In this document: positions 38,816 to 50,879 of the stretch, one piece after another
Position numbering within the stretch: position 1 is the first letter of the stretch
Layout: each line of letters starts with the position of its first letter
Assembly: GCA_028023455.1 (NCBI GenBank)
Contig: JAQFVV010000011.1
Coordinates: forward strand, 1,364,001-1,428,000
Length of the DNA: 64,000 nucleotides
Reading direction: 5' to 3'
DNA from: Epiperipatus broadwayi
Lineage: Eukaryota; Animalia; Onychophora
Translations under genes and position numbers: made by a program
The notes under the pieces: model-generated
The model's database searches: none
What the model was told of the DNA's origin: nothing
Seen by the model: only the letters and a program-made list of their open reading frames with translations

Positions 38816-38857
38816 TCCCCAGACTAGTTTCTGGCTTGTGGCCTTCGTCAGTGAGGA
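38816..38857 (-). ncRNA. Type I hammerhead ribozyme, intact
   Basis: UCCUCA CUGACGA AGGC CACAA GCCA GAAA CUAGUC|UGGGGA: 6-bp stem I, conserved core, GUC site between 38822 and 38821. Confidence 0.85.
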
Positions 38858-39420
38858 GCCTTGGATCTGAGAGCACTGCACCTAGATCTTAAGATCTAAT
38901 GCAACCCTCTAGCAGCCACTTTTTAACTCTACTTAACTACAAAACTATGAGAATGAAATTGAAAACACAATAATATTTTCAATCTAAGCTCAATAGCTTA
39001 TATAGTCATATGGGTCTGAACTCAATTCAGCACCCATACATTTTGGCGTCTTTGGCTCTTTAACAACCATAGCCACCACTATTCTATTAGGCAGGATTGG
39101 TGTTAAAACACTAAACACCACATGATCACTATCTCATACTAGCACATAATTGTTATTAAGCAAAGCAAAACTCTCCATACAGTAGTGCCATCTTGTGCCA
39201 ATAAGAATAATCAATGGATGGCAGAAGGCTTGTGCATAAAATCCCTATCTAGTGCCTACTCATCCAATATTTCCAGACTAGTGGTGGCTATGGTTGTTAA
39301 AGAGCCAAAGACACTAAAATGTATGGGTGCTAAATATGTAGTTAAGTAGAGTTAAGAAGGGGCTGCTGGAGGGTTGCATTAGATCCTAAGATCTAGGTGC
39401 AGTGCTTTCAGACCCAAGGC

Positions 39421-39462
39421 TACTCACTGACGAAGGCCACAAGCCAGAAACTAGTCTGGGGA
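39421..39462 (+). ncRNA. Type I hammerhead ribozyme, near-intact
   Basis: UACUCA CUGACGA AGGC CACAA GCCA GAAA CUAGUC|UGGGGA; cleavage predicted after 39456. Confidence 0.82.
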
Positions 39463-40379
39463 TATTGGATGAGTAGGCACTAGATAGGGATTTTATGCAC
39501 AAGCCTTCTGGCATCCATTGATTACTCTTGTTGGCACAAGATAGCACTACTGTATGGAGAGTTTTGCTTTGTTTAATAACAATTACGTGCTAGTATGAGA
39601 TAGTGATCATGTGATGTTTAGTGATTTATATTACATGAGTTTAGATCCCATTTCACATTCAGTAGACCTCTTTGTTGACTATAATATCTGCAGCTTCTGT
39701 TTTGAAACATGTCTTCAACAGTTGAGAAATTATTTGCTGCATTTGAAAACTAAAATTCTTGAACCCATTCTATTTTGTGTTCTCAAAGGGAGAAAGTCCA
39801 ATTAGTTTTTAGCGCTACTATCAATTCTCAATCGTGTGGGGAAAAGGTTTTACTGATTCTTTTATTTTGACGTTTTTAAAAAGTCCATTATGTTATGTGA
39901 AAGATTCAACTATCAACGGCTTTATTATTCTTGAAGTAAAAGGTTGTGTTTTCCATTACAACATATTTGTGTTAATAAACTGACTTGGATTCAATGTTCA
40001 TTTAATGGTCGCAGAATGCAACCGTTAATTTCACCCCAGATAACTATGATTCTGCTCTAGTATTTGAAGACAGTATTTTAAACATAGTATTATGGTTGAA
40101 ACTGTAGCAGTTGGTTATATACTATTACTATATGAGTTTCAATTAATACCATACCATCCTTATTTCAATAGTACAAAAACTAAAAATAATAAAAGACTAT
40201 ATAAATTTTATTTTAGTATGTTAGGAAATTTAGTAAATAATTAAAAAATAAAGTATTTACTTATTTTATATATGTGCTTTGTGTGCAGATAATGAAGCTG
40301 ATAACAGTAAATAAAATAAATGATATTCTATAATTTAGTAAGCTGAGTATTTTCGAGAGGATTCATACTCCAATACTCA

Positions 40380-43330
40380 TAGCTACTGGAATGTTGAGAA
40401 CTATACCAATGTCAGTGCAAATTAATGTAAAGTGGCTGCAGAGACCATTTTTAAGAAAGAGAAAAGCAGGCCTCTCTTCTATTGATTGGTGTAGGATCAC
40501 CTGCTATATAGCATGCTTCCTTGACCTTGCATTTGGTGTCATTTCTCTCAGAGCCCACAACACTAGTAGTGGTTGGTTGGCAACAATGGCCAGTGACTTT
40601 TTTGTGTTCAGCAAAAATTGAATTATCTTCAAACTTAAATTTTTAGTCTTATTATAAAGGTATCTATGCTGTGCCACTCTGGTTGCAATGTTGGTCCTGG
40701 TTTCTCTGTAATATGATGCTCGGCAATTTCTTTGGGAGAAAGTGATCTTGTAAACAACTTGAGAGTGAGTTCAGGTCTGATTCTGTCTTTGATATTGTTG
40801 ATGAGTTTATTGGTATTGGGAGGCAAATGAAATGTGACTTCAAAGTCACAAGAAAGTTTGTTAATAAGACTTTTAGCTATGGATGTATGGAATGAGAATT
40901 CTTGGCTTGTTTTCTTTCTTATGATTGTGATTTATCTTATAATTTTTTTTTATTAACTTTCCTGTTGATAGACAATTGAGTAAGCCCTATTTTTACTAAA
41001 TCTGCAATCTAATTGATAAGATGATTTCTTTTGTCCACCTCATATTCACATAAATTATGGTTCCGGAACAGAAATGAAGAGAGGGTTGCAAGTTTGTGGG
41101 ATTGGGGTGTGTAAGAACTAGGGTATGTTAAACCACATCCTTCAAATGGTTTTACTATCATACAATAATCTAGATTATCTGCATTTCTATTCAAGTATTT
41201 AACTTGATAAAATGGTCTTTCTGCTATTGAAGTGAAAGTGAGTTTAGTGTTATTCTGGAGGCTGTTGTGAAGATCAGTAATGATGTTATCTGGAGCTACA
41301 ATGAGTATGTCATCAACATATCATGTGTGGTGTGGACTTGAAGAATACAGATAATTGCTTTTCATTATGGTTGAGTACATCACTTGATATTATGCCACTA
41401 AGTGGAAGACCCATAGGCCAACAATTGTGCATGTTAAACCATTTGTCACTAAAAATTGCAACTATGTTTAAATCAAGCCATTTTAAAAATTCATTAATGA
41501 ATTTGGCACGTGTGAATGGGCAGTCACTCATGATTAGTGAGCCATTAATTATTTCAATAGCTTGTCTGCAGTCAATGGAGCCATAGAATTCAGTGGTATC
41601 AAGAGATGCGAGTTTGAACATTGGTTATACAACCGCGTGCTTAATTTTTCTACAAATTCAAAAGTTGTCTTGATGATGTGATTACCAAAACCCAATGCGT
41701 CTATGAGCCACCGATTGACCAAAACAGCTGTGTTGGAGTAGTGTGCACTTCTGAAGTCGAACATAAGCCTTAATGGTTTATCAGGTTTATGGAGCTTAAC
41801 ATCGGCAAAGATTCTAGGGGAGAGGAGGTTTTTTGTGCGCAGTATAGTAAATATAAATTTATCTCTATTAAGTCTATGATTAAAGTAATTTAAGTTTTCG
41901 AATTTTAATTTCCCAATATTAAAGTAATTTAAGTTTACGAATTTTAATTTCCCAATTTGGGTGTTGACTTTGTCATTGTACTCGTTGTTATTCATTAATA
42001 CGTGTTATTCATTAATACAAATCTGCTCCCCTTATCTTCCTTTACGCAAATAATAGAATGGTCAGTTAAAAATTGATTGGTGTTAATATCTTTCTATTCC
42101 ATTCATTGGAATAAGTGTTTAACTGTTTGTTCTTTATAGTATTCGATATACGTGAAATGATTACTTTTTTTAGCTGATTATCCATTAAGGCCGCTTCGAT
42201 ATCAGCAATAATTTCCATTTTAGGATTTTTCCACCATCCACCTATAAACCTTGGACCTAATTCGAAAACTTTTTTGATCATATGTGGTATGTTTGTGTTT
42301 GTAAGATTCACAAAAGTATTGAGCTTGCGTTCATCCAAGTGAATGTTTTGTTTGTTTGCCAGAAATTTTATTTGATTATTGAATTTCCTGAGAAGAGCGG
42401 TAGTTTGCTTGTTACATTTGTTAATGATGAATTGTGGAATTATGTAATTGTCAGAGATTATGCTCCATCTTCTTATTTCTTTCTTTAAAGCCCTTCTGCA
42501 TCCACTATTTAGAGAATTGAGAAGCTGTCTTATAGATACGTTTTAATTCTATCGTAATTAAATATAGTTTTGTTGATAATAATTTTGCAGCAATTAGGTA
42601 CTATATTACCTAATTTGTTTAAAAAGGGTGTTTTATATTTGTAAAATATAGAATTAACATGACATTTTGTGAACAGAGTGTGAAAGAATTAAAATGATGG
42701 TTCTTATATTAAAGATTTCTGCATGTGTTATTAGTGAGAGGGGATGGGGTTAATGTGAGTGGTTGATGTTAAAAATTGGAGAGAGGGGCACTTCATTTGA
42801 AAATATTCTTTCATTTTTTATGACATAAGACACATAAAAAAATCTATATTCATAAAGTGCATTTTTCAGGGAAAATAATGTAAGTGGAATGGACATTGGC
42901 ATTGATTTTAATTTAAAAATCCAGATATTTTAGTTTCAGGTTCCAATATTTAAACTTCTTTATGATGTATTTGTTATTGGCTAACAGAAAAGGGTGTTGT
43001 TATTGGATAGGATATTTTTGTTTTTCAGTTCATATATTTTCCAATACTTAATCTTGGTTAAGAAAAGATTGTGAGTGGAATTTGTATGTTACAAATAAGA
43101 TTAATTAATGCACCAGCAAAATTATTGACAAAGAGTGGTAGAATGTAAGTAGAATTGCCTAGAATGAGGTTATCTATTTCTTGGAAGGCATTGGCATTAG
43201 AATTCATTAAGGGATCCAGGAAGATAATACAATAATACTTTTTAAACTTTTTTATAGTAATTTATTTTTCTGTTTCGATTGAACCTACGGCCTTCTTCAA
43301 AAATCTTTAAATATTTTATGATATTACATT
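40380..43330 (-). mobile_element. Degenerate Penelope-like element (RT + GIY-YIG endonuclease)
   Basis: Minus-strand PRIFADVKLHKPDKPLRL, ASLDTTEFYGSI, PMGLPLSGII, YVDDILIV (about 41310-41335) and FAEHKKVTGH...KVKEACYI...INRREAC (about 40460-40620); hammerhead-like UUGAAGA..CGAAAC at about 43275-43300. Confidence 0.9.
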
Positions 43331-44500
43331 GCAGTATAAGATGTTAAACATCAACTTCAAATAATTACATCTATTCATAAACATATTTTGGAACAATTGA
43401 AACAAAATGAAGAAAAATAAAATTGTTTGAAAAAATGCACAATAGAGAAATGGTTTTATTGGAAGAGTATAAAAAGATTATATCTACTAATATTAATAAA
43501 TTACATCAATATAATCTTTTATGTATTTAACAAAATGCACTACAATATTTTGTTATATTCAAACTTTCAAAATTGTTGATAGTTTCACTCGTTTGATAAT
43601 CTATCTCAGATCTTTTTCCACCTCTTAATTTTTTTTTTATAATTTCTTCCATAACATAAGCTTGTGGTTAAACACCTGTAGAGGTCCCTACTATCGCATT
43701 TTACACGCATATTTTCGAGGTTACAGCCTCAGTAAATATTACTTATAATTTATGAGTAAAAGAAATTGTGATATAACATTTTAAAGATGAAGTCATGATA
43801 AAGAAGAAAAATTCTATGGGTTATTATTTATTTACGATTTCTTTCTCATAGTCTTATGAGTTTATTAATGATAAAGAAGTCAGTCTAATGGTAGTTGCAC
43901 ATACACACACCATAGCATTTAGACAAAATTATATCCCTTTCTGATGATAATCCCAACATCAGTATATGTTAAAGCAAGAGCATCTCTCCACACTTGTGCC
44001 ATCTATAGTACAACTGAGTAATCATATTTTTACCAGATGATTACTCACTTTTATTACCCATTGCACTAGAGTTGGCAAGATGCTCTTATTTTATTATTTA
44101 TTGTGGAAAATCAAGAATTAAGTGATTTGTTATTAACATCAATATATGGTGGAATGGAAATTCTGCAATCAAATTTGCAGGACTTGAATTAGAACCTGAC
44201 AGAGAAGCCATCTATATTTACTGCAAGCAACATGTGTTTGACTTAGTCAATCTACCATCAAAACTTGACTGGTCAAAAAAAAAACACTGTTTTGTGGAGC
44301 TAGCAAGTGCAGTTTAAGCAATTAAGTGCCAACTCAAAATTGATGTGTGTGTGCTAATGTAAATCTAATGTTATATAAAAATTATGCAACCCGTCAGAAT
44401 ATAATAAGACCTTGTATATATCTTCTATTTTGTTTGAAATTCAGGATACAATACAAAAAATAAATATAAACTAAACCTCATAATATAATCGCACTGTAAC

Positions 44501-44849
44501 ATAATTAAATCTATTACATGTCACAGTTTGTACTTGCATATATATTATTTTGGAGTGCTAGAAATACAATTTGTTGGGATTATTTTTATTTTTTGATGGT
44601 GTTAATATGGATTTTTTTTACACAGATGAAAATTTGAATGCTTTTCTAAATAAGTTTGCTCTAAAAACCTCAAAATTTGAATATTCTTTTTGTCTATTTT
44701 CAAATTGCCCACGATGTATTCATCACATCTGTGTAAAAAAAATCCATATTAACACTGTCAAAAAATAAAAATAATCTCAACAAATTGTATTTCTAGCACT
44801 CCAAAATAATATATGTGAGAACAAACTGTGACGTGTAATAAATTTAATT
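44501..44849. mobile_element. MITE-like element with inverted arms of about 130 bp
   Basis: 44501-44628 is the reverse complement of 44725-44849 (ttattttggagtgctagaaatacaatttgttg). Confidence 0.85.
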
Positions 44850-46074
44850 CATTATTTTCCTATGCATCTCATATATATATAACAAAATGTTTACGCAACT
44901 ATTTATTAGTTTCTAAATTTTAAAATTGCATGTTGGTTAAGAATACATGATCATGCAGCACCAATTTCTATTTACTTGGGGATCACCTTTGTTTTACTAA
45001 GATAAAAGTGCTAAGTTAAGAAATTTAACAATAGAAAGCTAAATTTTATAATTTTAAAGAAGAGTTGTAAACAAGCTAATGGATTTTTATGCTGCAAATC
45101 TAGCTTGTAAGCAAATGCAATAGAGGGGTAAAATTTAATATATATAACCCCATATTTGGTCACTAATGGAGAGATCTAGGAATGCCCAAATTTGATTTCA
45201 CCAGGATGGAAAAGTTCAACCACCACCGGCACTAAGGAAGGACATCACAGACAATCAATCCATCCAGTGCCTACTACAAATGCCAGACAACTCAGCCTGG
45301 AAAAAAATTGGTAATATTTCTTCACCACAGAGCACTATAAATCTATTTTAAAAATGTATATTTAAATGAAGCTAGTTATAATGAACGTTCGTTAAATTAT
45401 AAATTCTCAATTACTTAAAATTCTTGTTAAAATAAAATCTCTAAATGGTAACTGTAACAGTCTGGGTTATAAATATAATTTTTCTTGCAACTGTAATCAG
45501 TTATTATTTTAACCTTTCTATAATCTGCAGCCATGCCTATTTTCTGTTCTAATTATTTTATTTCATTTCTAATTTACGTTATGATATGCTATAATTTCAA
45601 AGCAGAGAATAAATAATTAATTTAATAAATTTTTGGGAAAGACAATTAGAAGCTCTCCAGTATAATGCTCTCATTGCTTTTTAGCTGATATAAATCACTG
45701 CTTTGAAATCTATTTTAAGAGATAACAACAGATTGCTATGCGCTAATTGTTATCTATATTTAATTACTTAATACATATTAGTCTGTTATTAAGGTTTGTG
45801 AATTATTATATCTCTTAGATAATGGCCAGAGATGATTCCACAAGCATATTTGTAAATATATAATGCCTGAAATATGCTTTCTCCTCACTAGTTTTATCAT
45901 AAAGGAATATATAGATTCAAAATCTACCCAAAACTACTGTTGGAAGGCTTTTATTTTTTAAATATTAATGAAATTTAGTTTTATATATTTTTTACATTTC
46001 TGAAAAGTAGATTAACCAGGATTTTTGTTTGTTGATACTCCACGAAGTGTCGAAAGTCAGAGGATTTTTTCTTT

Positions 46075-46560
46075 TTTTAAATGTAGTGCAATTCATTTTT
46101 CCAGTCAGTTTTTTGTTAAGTGCAAATCATATAAATACTTTGCCTTAGCATACATTACTTTTTTTGAGATTTAGTATTATAGTTTTTGATTTATTTCATA
46201 GGCTCTAGAAAATAGCATTTTTGATTTTTCTAATTATTGCTAAAAAAATTTTTTTTTAATGTTAAAAAGTTATGATTTTTTTTTTTTAATGTAGTGCAGT
46301 TCATGTGAATGCTTTGCCTTAGGCGCTTTCATTTTTGAATTATTTCTTGTTTTTGTAATTTGTATTTTACCTATTTTTTCTGCAGGGGAAGGGATTGTGT
46401 TTCATGTATTTCACTGATTTCTGTTTTTGTAATTTGCATTTATAGTGTTTTTGATTTTTCTAATTATCGCTGAAAATTGTTTTTTTTTTTATTACTTTTC
46501 CTTAGCCTACGTTAATTTTTTTTGAGATTTAGTATATGGCCTTAGGCATTTTAATTTATT
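46075..46560. repeat. Degenerate direct repeats of about 200 bp
   Basis: aatgtagtgca.ttcat, tttgccttag, tttttgagatttagtat and tttttgatttttctaattat each recur. Confidence 0.6.
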
Positions 46561-47463
46561 TCTTTTTAATTTATATTTTACCTATTTTTGATTGATTTCT
46601 TCATGTGGGGTGGGGGGATATTTAATGTATTGTACAGCAATTTCATCGGTAGAAATTTATCGCTTGTATGGTTCTTGGATACTGCAGCATAGCCTAGTGG
46701 CACAGTACAGCTAACCGAACAGTACCTTATTATATACCAATTTTTTAAAATTTTTATGATGAATTCAACTAACCTACTAAAAAAAATATAGTTTTAAGTT
46801 GTATGCATGATAATTTTGAATTTATGAAATATAAAAATAATTATTAGAAATATTAACCTTTATTATTTTATTACTTTGAATATCAATAACTATATTTTTT
46901 TCAGCTTAATTACATTCTTTGGTGTTTTATGTTTCATACAATATATGTCATTTTTGAGTAATATAAACTTAAGTTATGATAAAATTTGTGGCTTAACACA
47001 ATTTTTTAAATATTCAATATGGCTGCTTCACCAGCGAATTAGTTACCAAAATAAAAAAAAATGATTATATACATATGTAAGTGTTAAGAATGTATGCCTA
47101 TCATATTGATAATTAAAAATATTCATTGAACCAACCCTTTCCCTAATAGGTATACATGAATAAACACTCATTGTACATAAAGTAAATAAATGTAGCAAAA
47201 AAAAATCATTAATTCAACATTGTATTAATGGTAAAACTAACTAAGTAATTAATGAAATAAACAAAAATATATTATATAACTACTGGGTTTAATTCTAATA
47301 GTAGTATTTTATCTCTCTGAATGAACTCCTTCTTAACATGTAGAAGTTAAATGGAAAAGACAATTCGTGCAGAAATACTAATCATTCATACTGAATAAAC
47401 ATGCATGAACAGCTGTTAATTAACAAAAGAAAAATAACAAATTCTGTACTGTCAAAACTTTAT

Positions 47464-47703
47464 TAAACAAGGCAAAACTCTCCATACAGTAGTGCCACCC
47501 TGTGTGAAACAGAGTAATCAATGGATGCCAGAAGGGGATATTGGATGAGTAGGCACTAGTTAGGGATTTTATGCACAAGCCTTCTGGCATCCATTGATTA
47601 CTCTGTTTGGCACAGGGTGGCACTACTATATGGAGAGTTTTGCCTTGTTTAATAACAATTATGTACTAGTATAAGAGATGGCGATCATGTGAAATTTAGT
47701 AGT
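47464..47703. mobile_element. Hammerhead retroelement family copy (3' half, inverted)
   Basis: TSD tcaaaactttat at 47452-47463 and 47704-47715; junction at gccagaagg/ggggatattgg. Confidence 0.9.
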
Positions 47704-50700
47704 TCAAAACTTTATATTTCCTTTTTATATGGAATAGCAGTGAATAAAAATTTTACTCTATCCCATATTTTGGTAAGGATTCTAATAGTAATCAAAAGTA
47801 ATGCCATGTCATTATAAAGGGAAGATCACCTAAATTTTATTAAAAAAATATTTAAGCTAGAAACTTTCTTCCATGTATTTTCTTGAATTTAGCTACAATG
47901 AAATCTTCCAATTAAAGAGATCTCGGTTTCTAAATACAGCAATAAAAAATATATATAATACATAATTCTACCAACATAAAAAATCATGTAACAAATTAAT
48001 ATTTCTTGATGATGATTGGCGTGAGATTTAAGAGTTAGGCGATGAATGTGTTTGATAGGTAGTCAGTCATTATTTCAGTCAGGCTGCTATGACAGGTCAT
48101 GCATTCCTCATAAAGACTTCTCAGTGACATATATACTATTGTTGTTCTTCCTTTTATATCCATCCATAAGTTTTAGATGTGACATTTGAGATTTTTGTCA
48201 GGCATTACACACTTAAACATTAATTCATTGCACTTATTGTAGTAAGGGCTGATGAACACTTAAGCCCTACAACTCTCTTGAGTAAGCCGGCAAACATGGT
48301 TTTTCAACAAATTAATAATTTAAAGTTTCTTAATTCGAAATTTGTTAGTAAATGATTTTATGTGAGTGGAATTATTCCATTGGCAATATATACATAAATA
48401 CTATATTAATGTTATAATCCATTCTTTTATTTGAATTTGAAGAACAGCGTGGTACTTTTTATAACAAATGTTTATCTAAATCCACTCTTTTAATTTACTT
48501 AATTGCTTAAATTTGTTAAAAATGTTTTTATTTAATTAATAATTATGGCTTCTTGTAATTGTCTATATCAAAACTCAGCAAATATTTTGAAGTGTTCGAA
48601 TAAACTATCCATTTTTTTTAATATTGCAGTATTCAATTTTTCTGATATTATATTATACAAATTACATCTTATATGGAAAAAAGTAGAAAGATGACCGAAA
48701 AGAATTAAATTCATTTTATTATTGTCCTTGGCTTTCATTTTTTAATATGCTTGCATTTTATTTCATCTTTATATATCTCGATGACAGTTTGCAACGGCAA
48801 TGCAGCAGTGGGACTTTGTTGAAGTTTTGTGTTCTTTTTAAAATTGTATAAAAACTACAAGCAGAACATCAACAGAAATCCTGGCATTCGTTGTTCCTTT
48901 AAAAGCTCTTTTTAATGGCATATATCTTGTTGAAATCTGATAAAATTTGAATTTTTGATGAATTTTTTTAATAGATTCATTTAATTTTATTTTCTGCTCA
49001 ATTTACTAGTTTTCATGGAGAAGATAAAGGCAGAAATTTTTAAATGGCCAAAGATCCTACTAAAATGGATTAAAAATGCACTGACAATTTGCATTTCAAG
49101 GCCTTAGAAATGTAATCAGAATATCAGGTCGTAAGTATTAAATTTTTTTTTTATCTATTTCAATAGTAAATTATTTGATAAATGGAAATTTATCAAATAT
49201 GTTTACGTTTGTATTGGTGTCTGTGTAATATATAAATTATATATTAAATCATTTATGCTCTTTATTATACATATATAAATTTGTATTCAAATAGAACAAA
49301 AGTAGTTTGTAATTTTGGGGCTCTGATCTAAGTTTATGCAACCTTATTTTATAGATATGATTCTCAAAAGGTTTAATAATTTATTTTATTATGTTTATAT
49401 TATGGTCTTTGTGTTTGCAATTGCAGATCTGTGTTTATATAACAAGTAATGTCTATATATATAAAATTATAGGTATTATAGAGCAGTACAATGTAAATTT
49501 TAGGTCTGATTATCAAATATACAGAAATTTTGCAGTTAACAAAGCAATCACAAAATTAACTGGGTATAGTACCATGTGAAAATATAAACACTTAAAACTG
49601 ATAAAGAGATTTCACATGGTGTGTGTGGAGATAACCACAATAGTTATGTATATACCACATGGAATTGTATGCAGGCAAAGAATCAAATTCTGATTCTTTT
49701 CTATGTCTTGGTATTCATGCTGTGGACTCAGTAATTTTGCCATATCTTGCATCACATTATTTTCAAGTCTATAGCTAACAAATGAGCTATATGCAAATAA
49801 ATTATATTTCTGTGGGACAATAAATATAACAAGATAACATCACTGGTGTGCATAAAAAATATAAACATCAATGATGTACACAAAAAAATATAAAATGAAG
49901 AGATGAAACTCATTTTATCAATGATATAGACAGTAGCCTACAATTTCTAGTTTTAGATAGATAAGAAGCCAATTGCTATGATGACAAATGCATATCTATC
50001 TTCTGGAAATGGTTTGTTTTGTATCCTTTATTAGGATGAATCTTTTTCTTATAGATGCCTTTGAGATTTGGTAACTTTTGGGGTACAAGATAAAAATGAA
50101 GAATTCATATGCGATTTATTTGGGAGATTTTGAAGCTATGGATTATTTCAGGTAAGAAGTATTATATATGATTTGAAAGATAATTTTGTGAGGAATACAA
50201 ATAAATTATCAATGAAGCTGTAATTTAAACTTAGTTAATGATTAAATTAGAAATTACGAACAATAAAGTAATAATTATGTTGGATGTTAAAATTTCTTTT
50301 TTCCCCTTATTTTTTCCACTATTTGTCTTAGTCTTATTGTTTTCCTTTGTTTTTTATAGTTTCTACCAATGTAAAGCTTTTTACTCTAACATTATTAAAA
50401 CTGAAGTTATTGGGAAAATTGTATCTCAAGCCAGTTTTTTAAAAATTCAATATGGCGCCAAGGGTAATAAACTAGATTTATGACTATTGTTATGCCTATT
50501 ATCTTGATTATAAGTAAAGAAAAAAATCAAGTAATAGAATTATGTTTTTCCCTTTTTATCTTTCGTATTTGGTTACCTAGTGACTGGTTTGACATTGGGT
50601 CGTTACCATGCTTACTTAGTTAGAATATTTTAAAATGAAGTCAAATATAGATATTACATTTATTGTAATAATAGATACACATATTAGTACGATAGTTAAT

Positions 50701-50879
50701 TCATGTTTTCTTTTGATAGGGGTTTTCATCTTTCTAAAAGATAAGCAAAATCGGTTTGTTTTAATCCTTTCTCAATATAATAATAATAAAAAAATACATT
50801 TGTTGTGCTTCTCTCTCTATATATATAAGTGTGAGTTTATTTTATAAATGAAAATATATATTTTAGTTGGTTATTAACT

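Larger units (their letters stand above)
38708..39620. mobile_element. Best-preserved hammerhead retroelement insertion (574-nt inverted arm plus 339-nt forward arm)
   Basis: 15-bp TSD gtgatttatattaca at 38693-38707 and 39621-39635; empty site caggtaatttatattat in segment A (about 34565). Confidence 0.95.
37360..40140. repeat. Diverged duplicated segment B (paralogue of 32525-35000)
   Basis: See segment A; it carries different nested insertions. Confidence 0.85.
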
